Positions 19,862 through 28,904 of a stretch of 64,000 bases of DNA are shown piece by piece (positions within the stretch are counted from its first letter, which is position 1; each line of letters opens with the position of its first letter). A program made the translations under genes and the position numbers. The notes under the pieces are model-generated. The model made no database searches, had not been told where the DNA came from, and worked only from the letters and a program-made list of their open reading frames with translations. The DNA lies in NCBI GenBank assembly GCA_963805625.1, contig CAWDVE010000013.1, positions 160,001 to 224,000 on the forward strand. The letters run 5' to 3'. This stretch comes from an uncultured Candidatus Rokubacteria bacterium. Its GTDB lineage: Bacteria; Methylomirabilota; Methylomirabilia; Rokubacteriales; DASRDR01.

Positions 19862-19982
19862 GGAATCCTCCGTCGGTCGCGCGGAATGCGCGCACCGATC
19901 CGTGTCTCGTTAGGTTTCGGGCCAGCAGGCCGCAACACCTAGGCCAGACGCGGCGCCGGCGGCGTGGATCCGCTGGCGGGGC

Positions 19983-20279
19983 TCAGCAGCTCGGGGGCGC
20001 GCGCGGATGGGTGCTGCTGAGGCTGGTCCCTCTCGCGAACGAGGGCTCCGACGCCAACACGCGGCCGGTCGGGATCGAAAGCAACTCGCGGGTGACGGGG
20101 CGAACGTCGTCGGACTTCGCGTACGCGATTCGAATCGTCTGCAGGATGTCGTCGAGGCCTTGGCCGTCGAAGACACCGGACGTCCAGGGGAGAGGCACGG
20201 GATGCGCGTGCGACAGGGCTCGCAGCGCGAGGAAGATGACGACGGGGAAAAGGCACGCAAACCGTCTGCGGATGGTCAC
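19983..20279 (-). CDS. Small signal-peptide protein with C-terminal RAPP motif (candidate ribosome arrest peptide)
   Basis: GGAG-N6-GTG start. Sequence MTIRRRFACLFPVVIFLALRALSHA-HPVPLPWTSGVFDGQGLDD...STHPRAPPSC*, 98 aa. It is hidden inside the over-extended ORF 19983..20867. Confidence 0.65.
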   Translation of the reverse strand: MTIRRRFACLFPVVIFLALRALSHAHPVPLPWTSGVFDGQGLDDILQTIRIAYAKSDDVRPVTRELLSIPTGRVLASEPSFARGTSLSSTHPRAPPSC

Positions 20280-20416
20280 GTTCGACTCCAGGATCACAGT
20301 GGACTCCTGGTCCGGCCAAGTCAAGCGTCGCCGGTCGCCGGAGACAGAAACGCAGTCCTGAGAACGACCCGTCGCGCGTCCTCCGCCACGACGGTACTCG
20401 GGGCCGGGCGGCGCCG

Positions 20417-21076
20417 TCAGCGGGCGGTGGCCACTCCCGTGGAGCACGAGACACCAGTGCCCCCGAGTCCGCAGTAGCCTCCGGGGTTCTTGGCGAGGTA
20501 CTGCTGATGATACCCCTCGGCGTAGTAGAACGCCGGGGCGGGACGGATCTCCGATGTGATCGGACCGTAGCCGGCACGGTCGAGCGCGGGCTGATAGGCG
20601 TCGCGGGAGGCAAGCGCCGCCGCGTGCTGGGCGTCGCCGTACGTGTAGATCGCCGAGCGGTACTGCGTGCCAACGTCGTTCCCCTGCCGCATTCCCTGGG
20701 TAGGGTCGTGGGCCTCCCAGAAGACGCGGAGCAGGGCGTCGTAGGAAACCACCTTCGGATCGAACACAACCAGGACGGCCTCGGTGTGACCCGTGCGCCC
20801 CGAGCACACCTCCTCGTAGGTCGGATTCGGGGTCACGCCGCCCGCGTAGCCGGCCGCCGTCGTCCACACGCCCGCGGTCTGCCAGAACTTCCGCTCCGCG
20901 CCCCAGAAGCAGCCGAGGCCGAAGACCGCCTGCTCGAGACCCTCGGGGAAGGGCGGCTTGATGGGCCGCCGCGTCACGAAGTGACGGTCGGGCACCGCGA
21001 TCGGCTCGGTCCGCCCGGGGAGCGCTTCCTCAGTCGTGGGAAAGCCGGCCTTCTTCCGGAACGAGAAGAGCGCCAT
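20417..21076 (-). CDS. msrA: Peptide methionine sulfoxide reductase A
   Basis: GCFWG, GYAGG...[41 protein letters not shown]. Confidence 0.98.
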   Translation of the reverse strand: MALFSFRKKAGFPTTEEALPGRTEPIAVPDRHFVTRRPIKPPFPEGLEQAVFGLGCFWGAERKFWQTAGVWTTAAGYAGGVTPNPTYEEVCSGRTGHTEAVLVVFDPKVVSYDALLRVFWEAHDPTQGMRQGNDVGTQYRSAIYTYGDAQHAAALASRDAYQPALDRAGYGPITSEIRPAPAFYYAEGYHQQYLAKNPGGYCGLGGTGVSCSTGVATAR

Positions 21077-21216
21077 CGGGACCTCCTGGGCCGGGGATCG
21101 TCCCCCGACACGTCCACTCTACACTTAGACGGTCGCTCGAGGCGCATCGGAGCGGCCCCGGTCCAAGGGAGCTCCACGATTGGCGTCCAACGCTCCAGGC
21201 GGGCGGCCCCGATCCG

Positions 21217-22116
21217 TCAGAACGGCCTCCCCGCCAGCGGAAGCGCTCGATACTCGTGCTCCACCCCAGCTCCGGTCAGGCAAACGACGCGGATTCCGGA
21301 GGGATCGTCGCCCAGCGGGTAGCCGACGGAGCCCGTCAGCACCTCTACCATGTCCCCGTCTCGCGCCTCGTGGTTCCGGTGCCAGTGGCCGCAGAACGTC
21401 GCCTGAACCCCGTACCGGCGAAACAACTCGACCACCGGCATGCGGCGCGTTCGGGGCACGGTCCAGTAGCCGGGCGGGCGGCCGGGCGGGCTCGGCGCCC
21501 AGGGGTAATCCTCGTCCGGCTCCTCGGGATGCGCCATGAAGAGCGGCTGGTGAGTGAAGGCGACGACGTGGGAGGCGCCCGCGCGCATCGCGCCCCTCAG
21601 CGCGCCCTCGAGCCACGACATCTGGCGGTCGAAGTCCTCCGGGGCCCGCTCGGGATGCTGGAGGAGACAGGCATTCACGACCACGAAGTGTGCGTCGCCC
21701 TCCTGGAACGCGTAGAAGTCGGGGCCGAAGTCGGCCCGGTAGCGCGCCAGGCTCTCGGGATCAGGGACCTCGTTGTCCGCGCAGGCGTCGTGGTTGCCAG
21801 GGACGTAGTGGATCGGCACGCTCGCCGGTAGCGCGGCCGCGATCCGCTTCACCTCCGCCACCTGGCTCGGATCTCCCGCCGTGTTCACCATGTCGCCGCA
21901 GACGACCACGAAACGCGGCCGCGCCGCGCCTGCCATCGCAATGGCCGCCTCGAAGCGGCGCGTCTCCTCGTGAAAATGCGCCACCTTCGGGGCGGCCCGC
22001 ACGTTGAGGCCATGCCGGCGGTAGCGGACGAGCTCCTCGGGCGTACGGCCGGAGAAGTGGGCAAACTGGCCGAATTGCGGATCGGCCATCTGGACGAAGG
22101 TGAGCGGGGCCGTCAC
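21217..22116 (-). CDS. Calcineurin-like metallophosphoesterase (CPPED1-like)
   Basis: DPQFG, CGDMVN, PGNHD, FTHQP and GHWH metal-binding motifs. Start approximate. Confidence 0.88.
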   Translation of the reverse strand: MTAPLTFVQMADPQFGQFAHFSGRTPEELVRYRRHGLNVRAAPKVAHFHEETRRFEAAIAMAGAARPRFVVVCGDMVNTAGDPSQVAEVKRIAAALPASVPIHYVPGNHDACADNEVPDPESLARYRADFGPDFYAFQEGDAHFVVVNACLLQHPERAPEDFDRQMSWLEGALRGAMRAGASHVVAFTHQPLFMAHPEEPDEDYPWAPSPPGRPPGYWTVPRTRRMPVVELFRRYGVQATFCGHWHRNHEARDGDMVEVLTGSVGYPLGDDPSGIRVVCLTGAGVEHEYRALPLAGRPF

Positions 22117-22157
22117 GGTGAACTCGGAGGGACTAGAACACTCCCCGCGACGCGTCG

Positions 22158-22838
22158 TCAAGAGGTCGTCGGCGCAGAGGCCAGCTCCTCCCATGTCGCC
22201 CGGACGAAGTCCGGGATCACCAGCCGGACGCCGGCCGCACGGAGCTCGTCCTCGGAGCACGTCGTGGCCACTCCGATGACGCGCATGCCCGCCCGCCGGG
22301 CCGCGACCGCGCCGACCGGAGAATCCTCGAAGGCTACGCAGGCGGCGGGCTCCAGGCCAAGTGCCGCGGCGGTTGTCAGGTACACCTCTGGGTCCGGCTT
22401 TCCCAGTCGGACGTCGAGCCCGGTGACGCGGACCGAAAAGGCGTCCGTCAATCCTAGAGCCATCAAGGTCGCCACAACGCGCTCCGGAAGCGCCGACGTC
22501 GCCAGCCCCCGCGGCACCCCGGCGGCACCGAGAGCACGCACGAACTCCACCACGCCGCGCACCGCCGCCACGCGGCCGGCGGAGGCCTCCTCGTAGAGCG
22601 CCACCTTCCGCCCGATCAGGCGCCGCACCTCGTCCGCTGCGATCGGCCGGCCCAACAGCTCCGGCAGCGACTCCCGGACTGGGCGCCCGAGGGTTCGTCG
22701 GACTACCTCGGCCTCGGTGAGCGAAACGCCCTCCTCGAGGCAGAGCCGGCGCCACGCCGTCCCGTGATCCCGCTCGCTGTCCACCAGCACGCCGTCCAAG
22801 TCGAAGACGGCCGCGCGGGACGTCTCCCCGCTACTCAT
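22158..22838 (-). CDS. HAD family phosphatase (beta-PGM-like)
   Basis: FDLDGVLVDS, LATS, KPDPEVY, FEDSPVG. Confidence 0.92.
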   Translation of the reverse strand: MSSGETSRAAVFDLDGVLVDSERDHGTAWRRLCLEEGVSLTEAEVVRRTLGRPVRESLPELLGRPIAADEVRRLIGRKVALYEEASAGRVAAVRGVVEFVRALGAAGVPRGLATSALPERVVATLMALGLTDAFSVRVTGLDVRLGKPDPEVYLTTAAALGLEPAACVAFEDSPVGAVAARRAGMRVIGVATTCSEDELRAAGVRLVIPDFVRATWEELASAPTTS

Positions 22839-23908
22839 CTCCGAAACCTGGGCGCGTGTATCTGGGCCACGTCGACCCACCTCTCGCTCGCGGCCGAACG
22901 ATACAGCGCGTCGACAATCTGGAGCGCCTTCCGCGCCTCCACGCCATCCACCAGCGGCGGCCGACCCTCTCGGACTGCGGCCACGAAGTCTCCGATCTGC
23001 TCCGCGTAAGGCTTCACCGACGGTTGAGCAGGGCGACCGACAGCATCCGGGTCGACCGCGACTGTCTGCCCATCCGAAGGGCTCGTGCCCGGGCGCAGCG
23101 AGAGCGCGAGGTGGCCCCAGCTCCCGCTAACCGCCGCCGTGGCATGATCGCCGTGGATCTCGACCGAGGGAGGCTGCTCCGGGACGGCGCCCGTCGTCGC
23201 CTGCACCGCCGCCATCACACCTCCGTCGAACTCGAGCAGGCCGACCGCGACGTCCTCCACCTCGACCGCGTGCACCGCCGTTCCGATACGCGCGACCGCC
23301 CTCCTGGGCATGCCGAGCACCCAGTGCAGAAGGTCGATCATGTGGATCGCCTGGATCATCAGGACCCCGCCGCCCGCCTCCATCCGTCGACCACGCCACG
23401 GGGCGTCGTGGAAGTAGCGCGGCGCACGATGCTCCTTCACCGTGACGGAGGCCATGAACACCCGTCCGAGCGAGCCGCTCGAGACGGCATCGCGAAGGCC
23501 CCGGGCCGCGGGCGTGAACCGGTTCTGGAAGACGCCGGCCAGCGTGACCCCGCTCGCGCGGCATGCCTCGATGAGCTCGTCGGCATCGGCCAGCGTGTGG
23601 GCGATCGCCTTCTCCACCAGCACGTGGCGGCCCGCCCGCGCCGCCGCCCGCACGTACGGCAGGTGGAGGTGGTGCGGTGTCAGCACGGCAACGGCGTCCA
23701 CGGGCGCCCTCGCGGCGAGGATCTCCCCTGTGTCGTAGACCTCGGGAATCCCGTGCCGCCTCGCGAACGCCCGCGCGCGCCCGGAGTCGGCGTCGGCAAC
23801 CGCCCTCACCTCGACGCCGGCGACCATCCGCATCGCGGCCACGTGGATCTCCGCCGCCACTCCCGCGCCGATCAGCCCGAACCGGAATGCCTGGGTGGGG
23901 TCACTCAC
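22835..23908 (-). CDS. Gfo/Idh/MocA family oxidoreductase
   Basis: GLIGAG, TPHHLH, GRHVLVEKA, FQNRF, GGGVLMIQAIHMID. Confidence 0.92.
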   Translation of the reverse strand: MSDPTQAFRFGLIGAGVAAEIHVAAMRMVAGVEVRAVADADSGRARAFARRHGIPEVYDTGEILAARAPVDAVAVLTPHHLHLPYVRAAARAGRHVLVEKAIAHTLADADELIEACRASGVTLAGVFQNRFTPAARGLRDAVSSGSLGRVFMASVTVKEHRAPRYFHDAPWRGRRMEAGGGVLMIQAIHMIDLLHWVLGMPRRAVARIGTAVHAVEVEDVAVGLLEFDGGVMAAVQATTGAVPEQPPSVEIHGDHATAAVSGSWGHLALSLRPGTSPSDGQTVAVDPDAVGRPAQPSVKPYAEQIGDFVAAVREGRPPLVDGVEARKALQIVDALYRSAASERWVDVAQIHAPRFRR

Positions 23909-25499
23909 CGGGCGCCCGGCCCATCCGGCGACTCCAGTCCTGCGCACCCCAATGCTCCCGGAGTCCGAGGCGCCGCGCCTCGAAGACGTCGCTCTCCATG
24001 AGCTTCAGATCGCTCGCGATCGCAGGTCGGAATTCCATCCCGGCGAGCACGTCCTTCTCCAGATCGCATCCAGGGGCGATCTCCCGGAGCTCGACTCCCC
24101 GCGGGCTCAGTCCGAAGACCGCACGCTCCGTGACGTAGAGCACCGGCTTGCCACCGGCCCGAGCCCGGGCGCCGCTGAACGTGATGTGCTCGACCGCTCT
24201 CCGGAACTTGGTGACGCGGCCCCGCTCGACGACATGGATGCGTCCGTCCTCGATCCGAGCATCGCCCGCCTTCCCGAACAGCCCGCAGAAGACGACCTGC
24301 TTCGCGTTCTGCGAGATGTCGATGAAGCCGCCGCAGCCGGGCAGGCGCGATCCGAACTTGCTGACGTTCACATTTCCCGCCGCGTCCACCTCGGCGAACG
24401 ACAGGAACGCGAGGTCCAGACCTCCGCCCTGGTAGAAGTTGAACTGGGAGATCTGGTCGACGATGGCCTCGACATTCGTCTGGGCGGCCAGGGCCCGGCC
24501 ACGCATCGGGAGACCGCCGATCGTCCCCTGCTCGATCGTGATCGTGATGTCGTCGAGCAGATCCTCCTGGGCAGCGACCACCGGCACTCCGTCGGAGATT
24601 CCGAACCCGATGTTGATGACGGCTCCCGGGCGGAGCTCCATCGCCGCGCGCCGCGCGACGAGCATCCGTTCGTCGAGCGACACTGCGGGCGAGCGGCCCC
24701 GGGGCACTCGCAACTCGCCTGAGACGGCCGGGTTGTGGCGCTCGACGCCGTGAATCTGCCAAGCGTCGGGATTCACCACGAGCCCATCCACGAGGATGCC
24801 GGGCACGCGAACCAGCTGCGGGTTCAGGCTTCCCCGCCGCACGACCCGCTTGACCTCGGCCAGCACCAGTCCGCCGTTGGCATGGGCAGCCTGGGCGAGG
24901 GCGAGCGGCTCGAGGATCGCCGGCTCGTGCTCCATGCTCATGTTTCCGAACTCGTCGGCCGTGGTGCCCCGGATGATCGCGACGTCGATCGGCACCACCT
25001 TGAACGATAGCCAATCGGCGCCGTCGATCTCGACCCGCTCGACCAGCTCCTCGGTCGTCACTGCGTTCAGCCGTCCCCCGCTCTGCCGAGGGTCGACGAA
25101 GGTGTCCAGACCGACGTGGGAGACGAGGCGCGGCTTCCGGCTCGCCGCGGCCCAGACCATCTGGCAGACGACGCCCTGAGGAAAGCAGTACGCCTGCACC
25201 TTGTTGGCCAGCGCCAGACTAGCCATCCTCGGCGAGTCCCCCCATCCGGGCGAGACCACCCGCCGCACGAGCCCCTCATGGGCGAAGTGGCTCGCGCCGG
25301 CGTCACCGTCGTCGCCAAACCCGCACGGCTGCACCAGCGTGATCCCACGCGGGTGGCCGTCCGCGAGGAACCGCCGCTCCACCGCGGAGGAGATGGCCTC
25401 CGAGAGGAGCAACCGGCCCGCCCCCTCGATGCCCACGACACTGCCGTCCTTGATCAGTGCCGCCGCCGCCGCCGCGGTCAGAACCTTCGAGTGACTCAT
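23901..25499 (-). CDS. Acyl-CoA:acetate/propionate CoA-transferase (YdiF/Pct-type)
   Basis: GLDTFVDPR...GGRLN, RGTTADEFGN, INIGFG, TIEQG (catalytic Glu), GNVNVS, GGFIDIS, YVTERAVF. Confidence 0.9.
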   Translation of the reverse strand: MSHSKVLTAAAAAALIKDGSVVGIEGAGRLLLSEAISSAVERRFLADGHPRGITLVQPCGFGDDGDAGASHFAHEGLVRRVVSPGWGDSPRMASLALANKVQAYCFPQGVVCQMVWAAASRKPRLVSHVGLDTFVDPRQSGGRLNAVTTEELVERVEIDGADWLSFKVVPIDVAIIRGTTADEFGNMSMEHEPAILEPLALAQAAHANGGLVLAEVKRVVRRGSLNPQLVRVPGILVDGLVVNPDAWQIHGVERHNPAVSGELRVPRGRSPAVSLDERMLVARRAAMELRPGAVINIGFGISDGVPVVAAQEDLLDDITITIEQGTIGGLPMRGRALAAQTNVEAIVDQISQFNFYQGGGLDLAFLSFAEVDAAGNVNVSKFGSRLPGCGGFIDISQNAKQVVFCGLFGKAGDARIEDGRIHVVERGRVTKFRRAVEHITFSGARARAGGKPVLYVTERAVFGLSPRGVELREIAPGCDLEKDVLAGMEFRPAIASDLKLMESDVFEARRLGLREHWGAQDWSRRMGRAPGE

Positions 25500-25532
25500 G
25501 GCGACCGGCTCACGGCGACCGGCTCACGGCGA
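25500..25532. repeat. 14-bp tandem repeat (about 2.3 copies)
   Basis: GGCGACCGGCTCAC twice plus GGCGA, directly upstream of the CoA-transferase start. Confidence 0.8.
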
Positions 25533-25572
25533 GCATTTCATCGCCGCCAGGCCTGAGCCCAGGCGTCCGCCG

Positions 25573-26040
25573 TCACGCATAGGCCGACTTCGCCACGGCC
25601 CGCGTCTCGACCATCAGCCGGTGCTCGCCCTCGTGTACGACCTCCCCACGCTGGTTGACCAACTGGAGAGCCAGGAAGAAGATCCCGCGGCCCGGGTCCT
25701 TGGTCGCGCGCTTGTCCCGGAGTCGGCACCGGACGTGAATCGTGTCTCCCAGAAAGACCGGCTTCCGGAAGTCCCAGGTCCACCCCAGCGATGCGATGCC
25801 GGCGAACTGGTCCGCGCCACCGCGCAGCTTCAGCCCCTCCGTGATCGCGAGCCCCAGGAGCCCGTGGGCGATCCTCCGGCCATACGCCGTGCCCTTCGCG
25901 AACTCCTCGCTGATGTGCACCTCGCTCCAGTCGTCGGACAGGCTTGCGAACGCCACCACGTCGGTCTCGGTGATGGTCCGCGTCCGGGATCTGAACTCTT
26001 CCCCGATCTGGACGTCCTCGTAGTACCGGATCTGCCCCAT
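25573..26040 (-). CDS. MaoC-like dehydratase
   Basis: YYEDVQIGE, RTITETD, SDDWSEVH, RIAHGLL, PVFLGDT, VNQRGE. Confidence 0.88.
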   Translation of the reverse strand: MGQIRYYEDVQIGEEFRSRTRTITETDVVAFASLSDDWSEVHISEEFAKGTAYGRRIAHGLLGLAITEGLKLRGGADQFAGIASLGWTWDFRKPVFLGDTIHVRCRLRDKRATKDPGRGIFFLALQLVNQRGEVVHEGEHRLMVETRAVAKSAYA

Positions 26041-26122
26041 GAAGACCTCCCTCTCCCCCAGCCCGGAGCGCTCCGGGCTGGCCCGAATCACACCGTCCCG
26101 TGGCGCCAGCGTGACCGTCCCG

Positions 26123-26962
26123 TCAAGCGGGCCGGGCGCGCTCGCCCCGCACCCCCGGCGCCTCGCCATGCCCCCTCCCATGAAGGACGCCCATTTCCTC
26201 GAAGATCCGGTAGATACGTTCCGCCTGCTCCCCGAGCTCTGGCGCCTCGCCCAGGGCGAGCGGGCGCGGACGCTCGAGGTCAATCTTCACCTCTCGTACG
26301 ATACGCCCCGGTGATGGCGACATCACGAGGACCCGGTCGGACAGACCTACGGCCTCCTCCACGCTGTGGGTGATGAACAGGACCGTTTGACGCTCGGAGA
26401 GCCACAGCTGCTCCAGGTCGAACCGGACCTGGAGCCGGGTCAGCGCGTCGAGGGAGCCGAACGGCTCGTCCATCAGGAGGACGGAGGGGCTGTGCACCAG
26501 CGCCCGCGCCAGCGACACCCTCTGACGCATGCCGCCGGATAGCTGCCGGGGATACCGCATCCGCGCGTGGGCGACCCCGAGCTGCTCCAGCAGCTCGTCA
26601 GCGCGGCGCCGCACCTCGCGCATGTCCAGACGCCGGACCCGTCCCTGCAGCAGCACGTTGTCCAGCGCGTTTCTGAACTCGAGCAGGAGGTCGTCCTGAA
26701 AGACGATCCCGACGTCGGTCAGCGGCGAGTCGAGCCGCTTGCCCGCCACCCGAATCTCGCCGCTCGTCGGGTCGAGCAGGCCGGCAGTCATGAGCATGAG
26801 CGTGCTCTTCCCGCACCCGCTCGGCCCGACCACGCTGACGAACTCGCCGGCTTCGATGCGGACGGAGAGCTCCGTCAGGGCATGGAACGGACGCTCCCCA
26901 TCGGCCTCGAACGCCTTCGTGACGCGGTCGATGTCGATTGGCTCACCGCGCTGGCTCACCAT
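26123..26962 (-). CDS. ABC transporter ATP-binding protein (SsuB/TauB type)
   Basis: GPSGCGKST, LSGGMRQR, LLMDEPF, FITHSVEEA. Confidence 0.95.
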   Translation of the reverse strand: MVSQRGEPIDIDRVTKAFEADGERPFHALTELSVRIEAGEFVSVVGPSGCGKSTLMLMTAGLLDPTSGEIRVAGKRLDSPLTDVGIVFQDDLLLEFRNALDNVLLQGRVRRLDMREVRRRADELLEQLGVAHARMRYPRQLSGGMRQRVSLARALVHSPSVLLMDEPFGSLDALTRLQVRFDLEQLWLSERQTVLFITHSVEEAVGLSDRVLVMSPSPGRIVREVKIDLERPRPLALGEAPELGEQAERIYRIFEEMGVLHGRGHGEAPGVRGERARPA

Positions 26963-26988
26963 CGCCCGGACGCTCCGACCCGGACCGA

Positions 26989-28035
26989 CTACCGGATGGG
27001 ACAGGGCGTCCGCAACGTGCCTGGCAGAGCTTCGTACGTGTAGTACTGGGAGCCGGGCACCTCGGTCGGCAAGCCGAGCACCTGCTGCGCCACGCCGACC
27101 GTCCGGGTCCAGGCCTCCGGTTCCGCCTTCCCGACGTACTTCGCTCCGTTGCTGCAGAATAGTGTAATGGCCGCTTTCAGCTCGGCGAGATTCCGTGCGG
27201 GGTCCGTGTCCGCAGGGAACGTCTTCACCAAGGCTTTGATGGCGTCGTCCGGACGTTTGATCGCGCCGTCCCAGCCCTCCAAGCTCGCGTCGATGAACTT
27301 CTTGACGATATCCCCGTGCTGGGCGAGGAAGGAGTTCGACGCGATGATCGAGGTGCTGACCGTCGCCACACCGTGGTCGGCGAACGGGAAGCTGAGCACC
27401 TCCACCCCTCGCTGCTGAAACAGGATGTCGTAGTTGTCGAGCGAGCCCAGCATCGCATCGACTTGCTTCTGGAGCAGCGTCGCGATCATCGCGTTGCCGG
27501 GCATGTTGACGAGCTTGACGTCGCTCTCCGACAGCCCGTTCGCCTTGAAGAGAATCGGGATCATCGCAGTCTGTGACTGCCCGGTGGGGACCGCCACCGA
27601 GTGTCCCTTCAGCGCCTGGATCGACTTGATCCCCGACGAGGCCAGCACCGTCACTGCGTTCGGGTTCGACTGGTAGATCGTGGACACGACCTTCATCGGG
27701 GCGCCCTTGGCGATCAGCTGCATCACTGCCAGAGCGTCCGCGTACCCGAGGTCAGATTTGCCGGAGGCGACCAGCTGCGCGGTGGTCCCGGAGCCCTGTC
27801 CTTTCACGAGCGTGACGTCCAGACCCGCGCGCTTGTAGGCACCCTCCTGGAGCGCCAGGGCGAAGCCGGAGTTGTAGCCGCCGGCCGTGAAGTTCAGCTG
27901 GAACGAGATGGGCACAGGAGTTTGGGCGAAGGCCAGCCGTCTTGGCGCAGGCACGACTGTGACGGAGGCCGCGATTGACAGGGCCACCGCGACCAGGGCG
28001 ATGCGACTGCTTCGTCTCCAAGGTGAGCGATCCAT
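26989..28035 (-). CDS. ABC transporter substrate-binding protein (NMT1/THI5/SsuA type)
   Basis: Signal peptide, then FQLNF, GLDVTL...GQGS, LKGHSV, ASLEGW. Start trimmed to ATG 28035 after GGAG. Confidence 0.88.
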   Translation of the reverse strand: MDRSPWRRSSRIALVAVALSIAASVTVVPAPRRLAFAQTPVPISFQLNFTAGGYNSGFALALQEGAYKRAGLDVTLVKGQGSGTTAQLVASGKSDLGYADALAVMQLIAKGAPMKVVSTIYQSNPNAVTVLASSGIKSIQALKGHSVAVPTGQSQTAMIPILFKANGLSESDVKLVNMPGNAMIATLLQKQVDAMLGSLDNYDILFQQRGVEVLSFPFADHGVATVSTSIIASNSFLAQHGDIVKKFIDASLEGWDGAIKRPDDAIKALVKTFPADTDPARNLAELKAAITLFCSNGAKYVGKAEPEAWTRTVGVAQQVLGLPTEVPGSQYYTYEALPGTLRTPCPIR

Positions 28036-28073
28036 GTGCGATCTCCTTGTCTGGAGTGTGCTGGGAAGGACAT

Positions 28074-28901
28074 CTACTCCCGCGCGCGCATCCACGGCAT
28101 AGCGAAGTACCCCAGCATCTCGATGAGGTAGTTGAGGCCGAGACCGATGACCGTGAGGATCAGCAGGATGGCGAAGATGAGCGGAGTGTCCAGTACACCG
28201 GTCGCGACCAGGAGCTGGTAGCCGAGTCCGGAGTTCGACCCGACGAACTCCGCGACGATGGCCGCCGTGGCTGCGATCGTCGCGGCTGTCTTGAGCCCCG
28301 AAAAGATCACGTGGAGCGCGCTCGGGAACCGCACGTGCCAGAAGGTCTGCCACGCCGAGGCGCCCATGGATCGAGTCAGGTACAGAAGCCGCGTGTCCAG
28401 CGCCTGGAAGCCGGCGATACTGGCCAGGAGGAGCGGAAAGAACGTGAGCAGGACCGTCAGGAGGACCTTCGACTGGATCCCGAATCCAAACCATACGAGG
28501 AACAGCGGCGCGATCGCGATCTTTGGCACCAGCTGGATGAAAACCAGCACGGGGTACGCGAGGCGCCGTGCCAGGAGCGACAGGGCCAGCAGGAGTCCCA
28601 GGGGAATGCTCAGCACGACGGTGATGGCGAACCCGAAGAGGATCTCGCGCAGGGTGATCATGGCGTTGGCCCACAGCGCGTGCCGGGCCTGGATCAACCG
28701 GGGGATGACCGCCTGCGGCGCCGGAACGAGGTAGTCGGGGATCCGGAAGATGGACACCAGGGCGGCCCAGATTGCGATCAGCCCCACGAACGTCAGCACC
28801 GGAGCGAAGCCCCAGGCGATGCGGCGCACCCGCGATCCCCGGCGCACGACGGGCGGAACCGGAACATCCGCGCTCACCACCGACCGGACGTCCGTCGCCA
28901 T
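28074..28901 (-). CDS. ABC transporter permease (SsuC/TauC type)
   Basis: YLVPAP, VPKIAIAPL...WFGFG, SMGAS, AEFVGSNSGLG. Confidence 0.93.
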   Translation of the reverse strand: MATDVRSVVSADVPVPPVVRRGSRVRRIAWGFAPVLTFVGLIAIWAALVSIFRIPDYLVPAPQAVIPRLIQARHALWANAMITLREILFGFAITVVLSIPLGLLLALSLLARRLAYPVLVFIQLVPKIAIAPLFLVWFGFGIQSKVLLTVLLTFFPLLLASIAGFQALDTRLLYLTRSMGASAWQTFWHVRFPSALHVIFSGLKTAATIAATAAIVAEFVGSNSGLGYQLLVATGVLDTPLIFAILLILTVIGLGLNYLIEMLGYFAMPWMRARE

Positions 28902-28904
28902 GCG

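Noticed and set aside
20417-21076. Possible selenocysteine in MsrA
   Set aside because: The active site is GCFWG with a normal TGC codon and there is no in-frame TGA.
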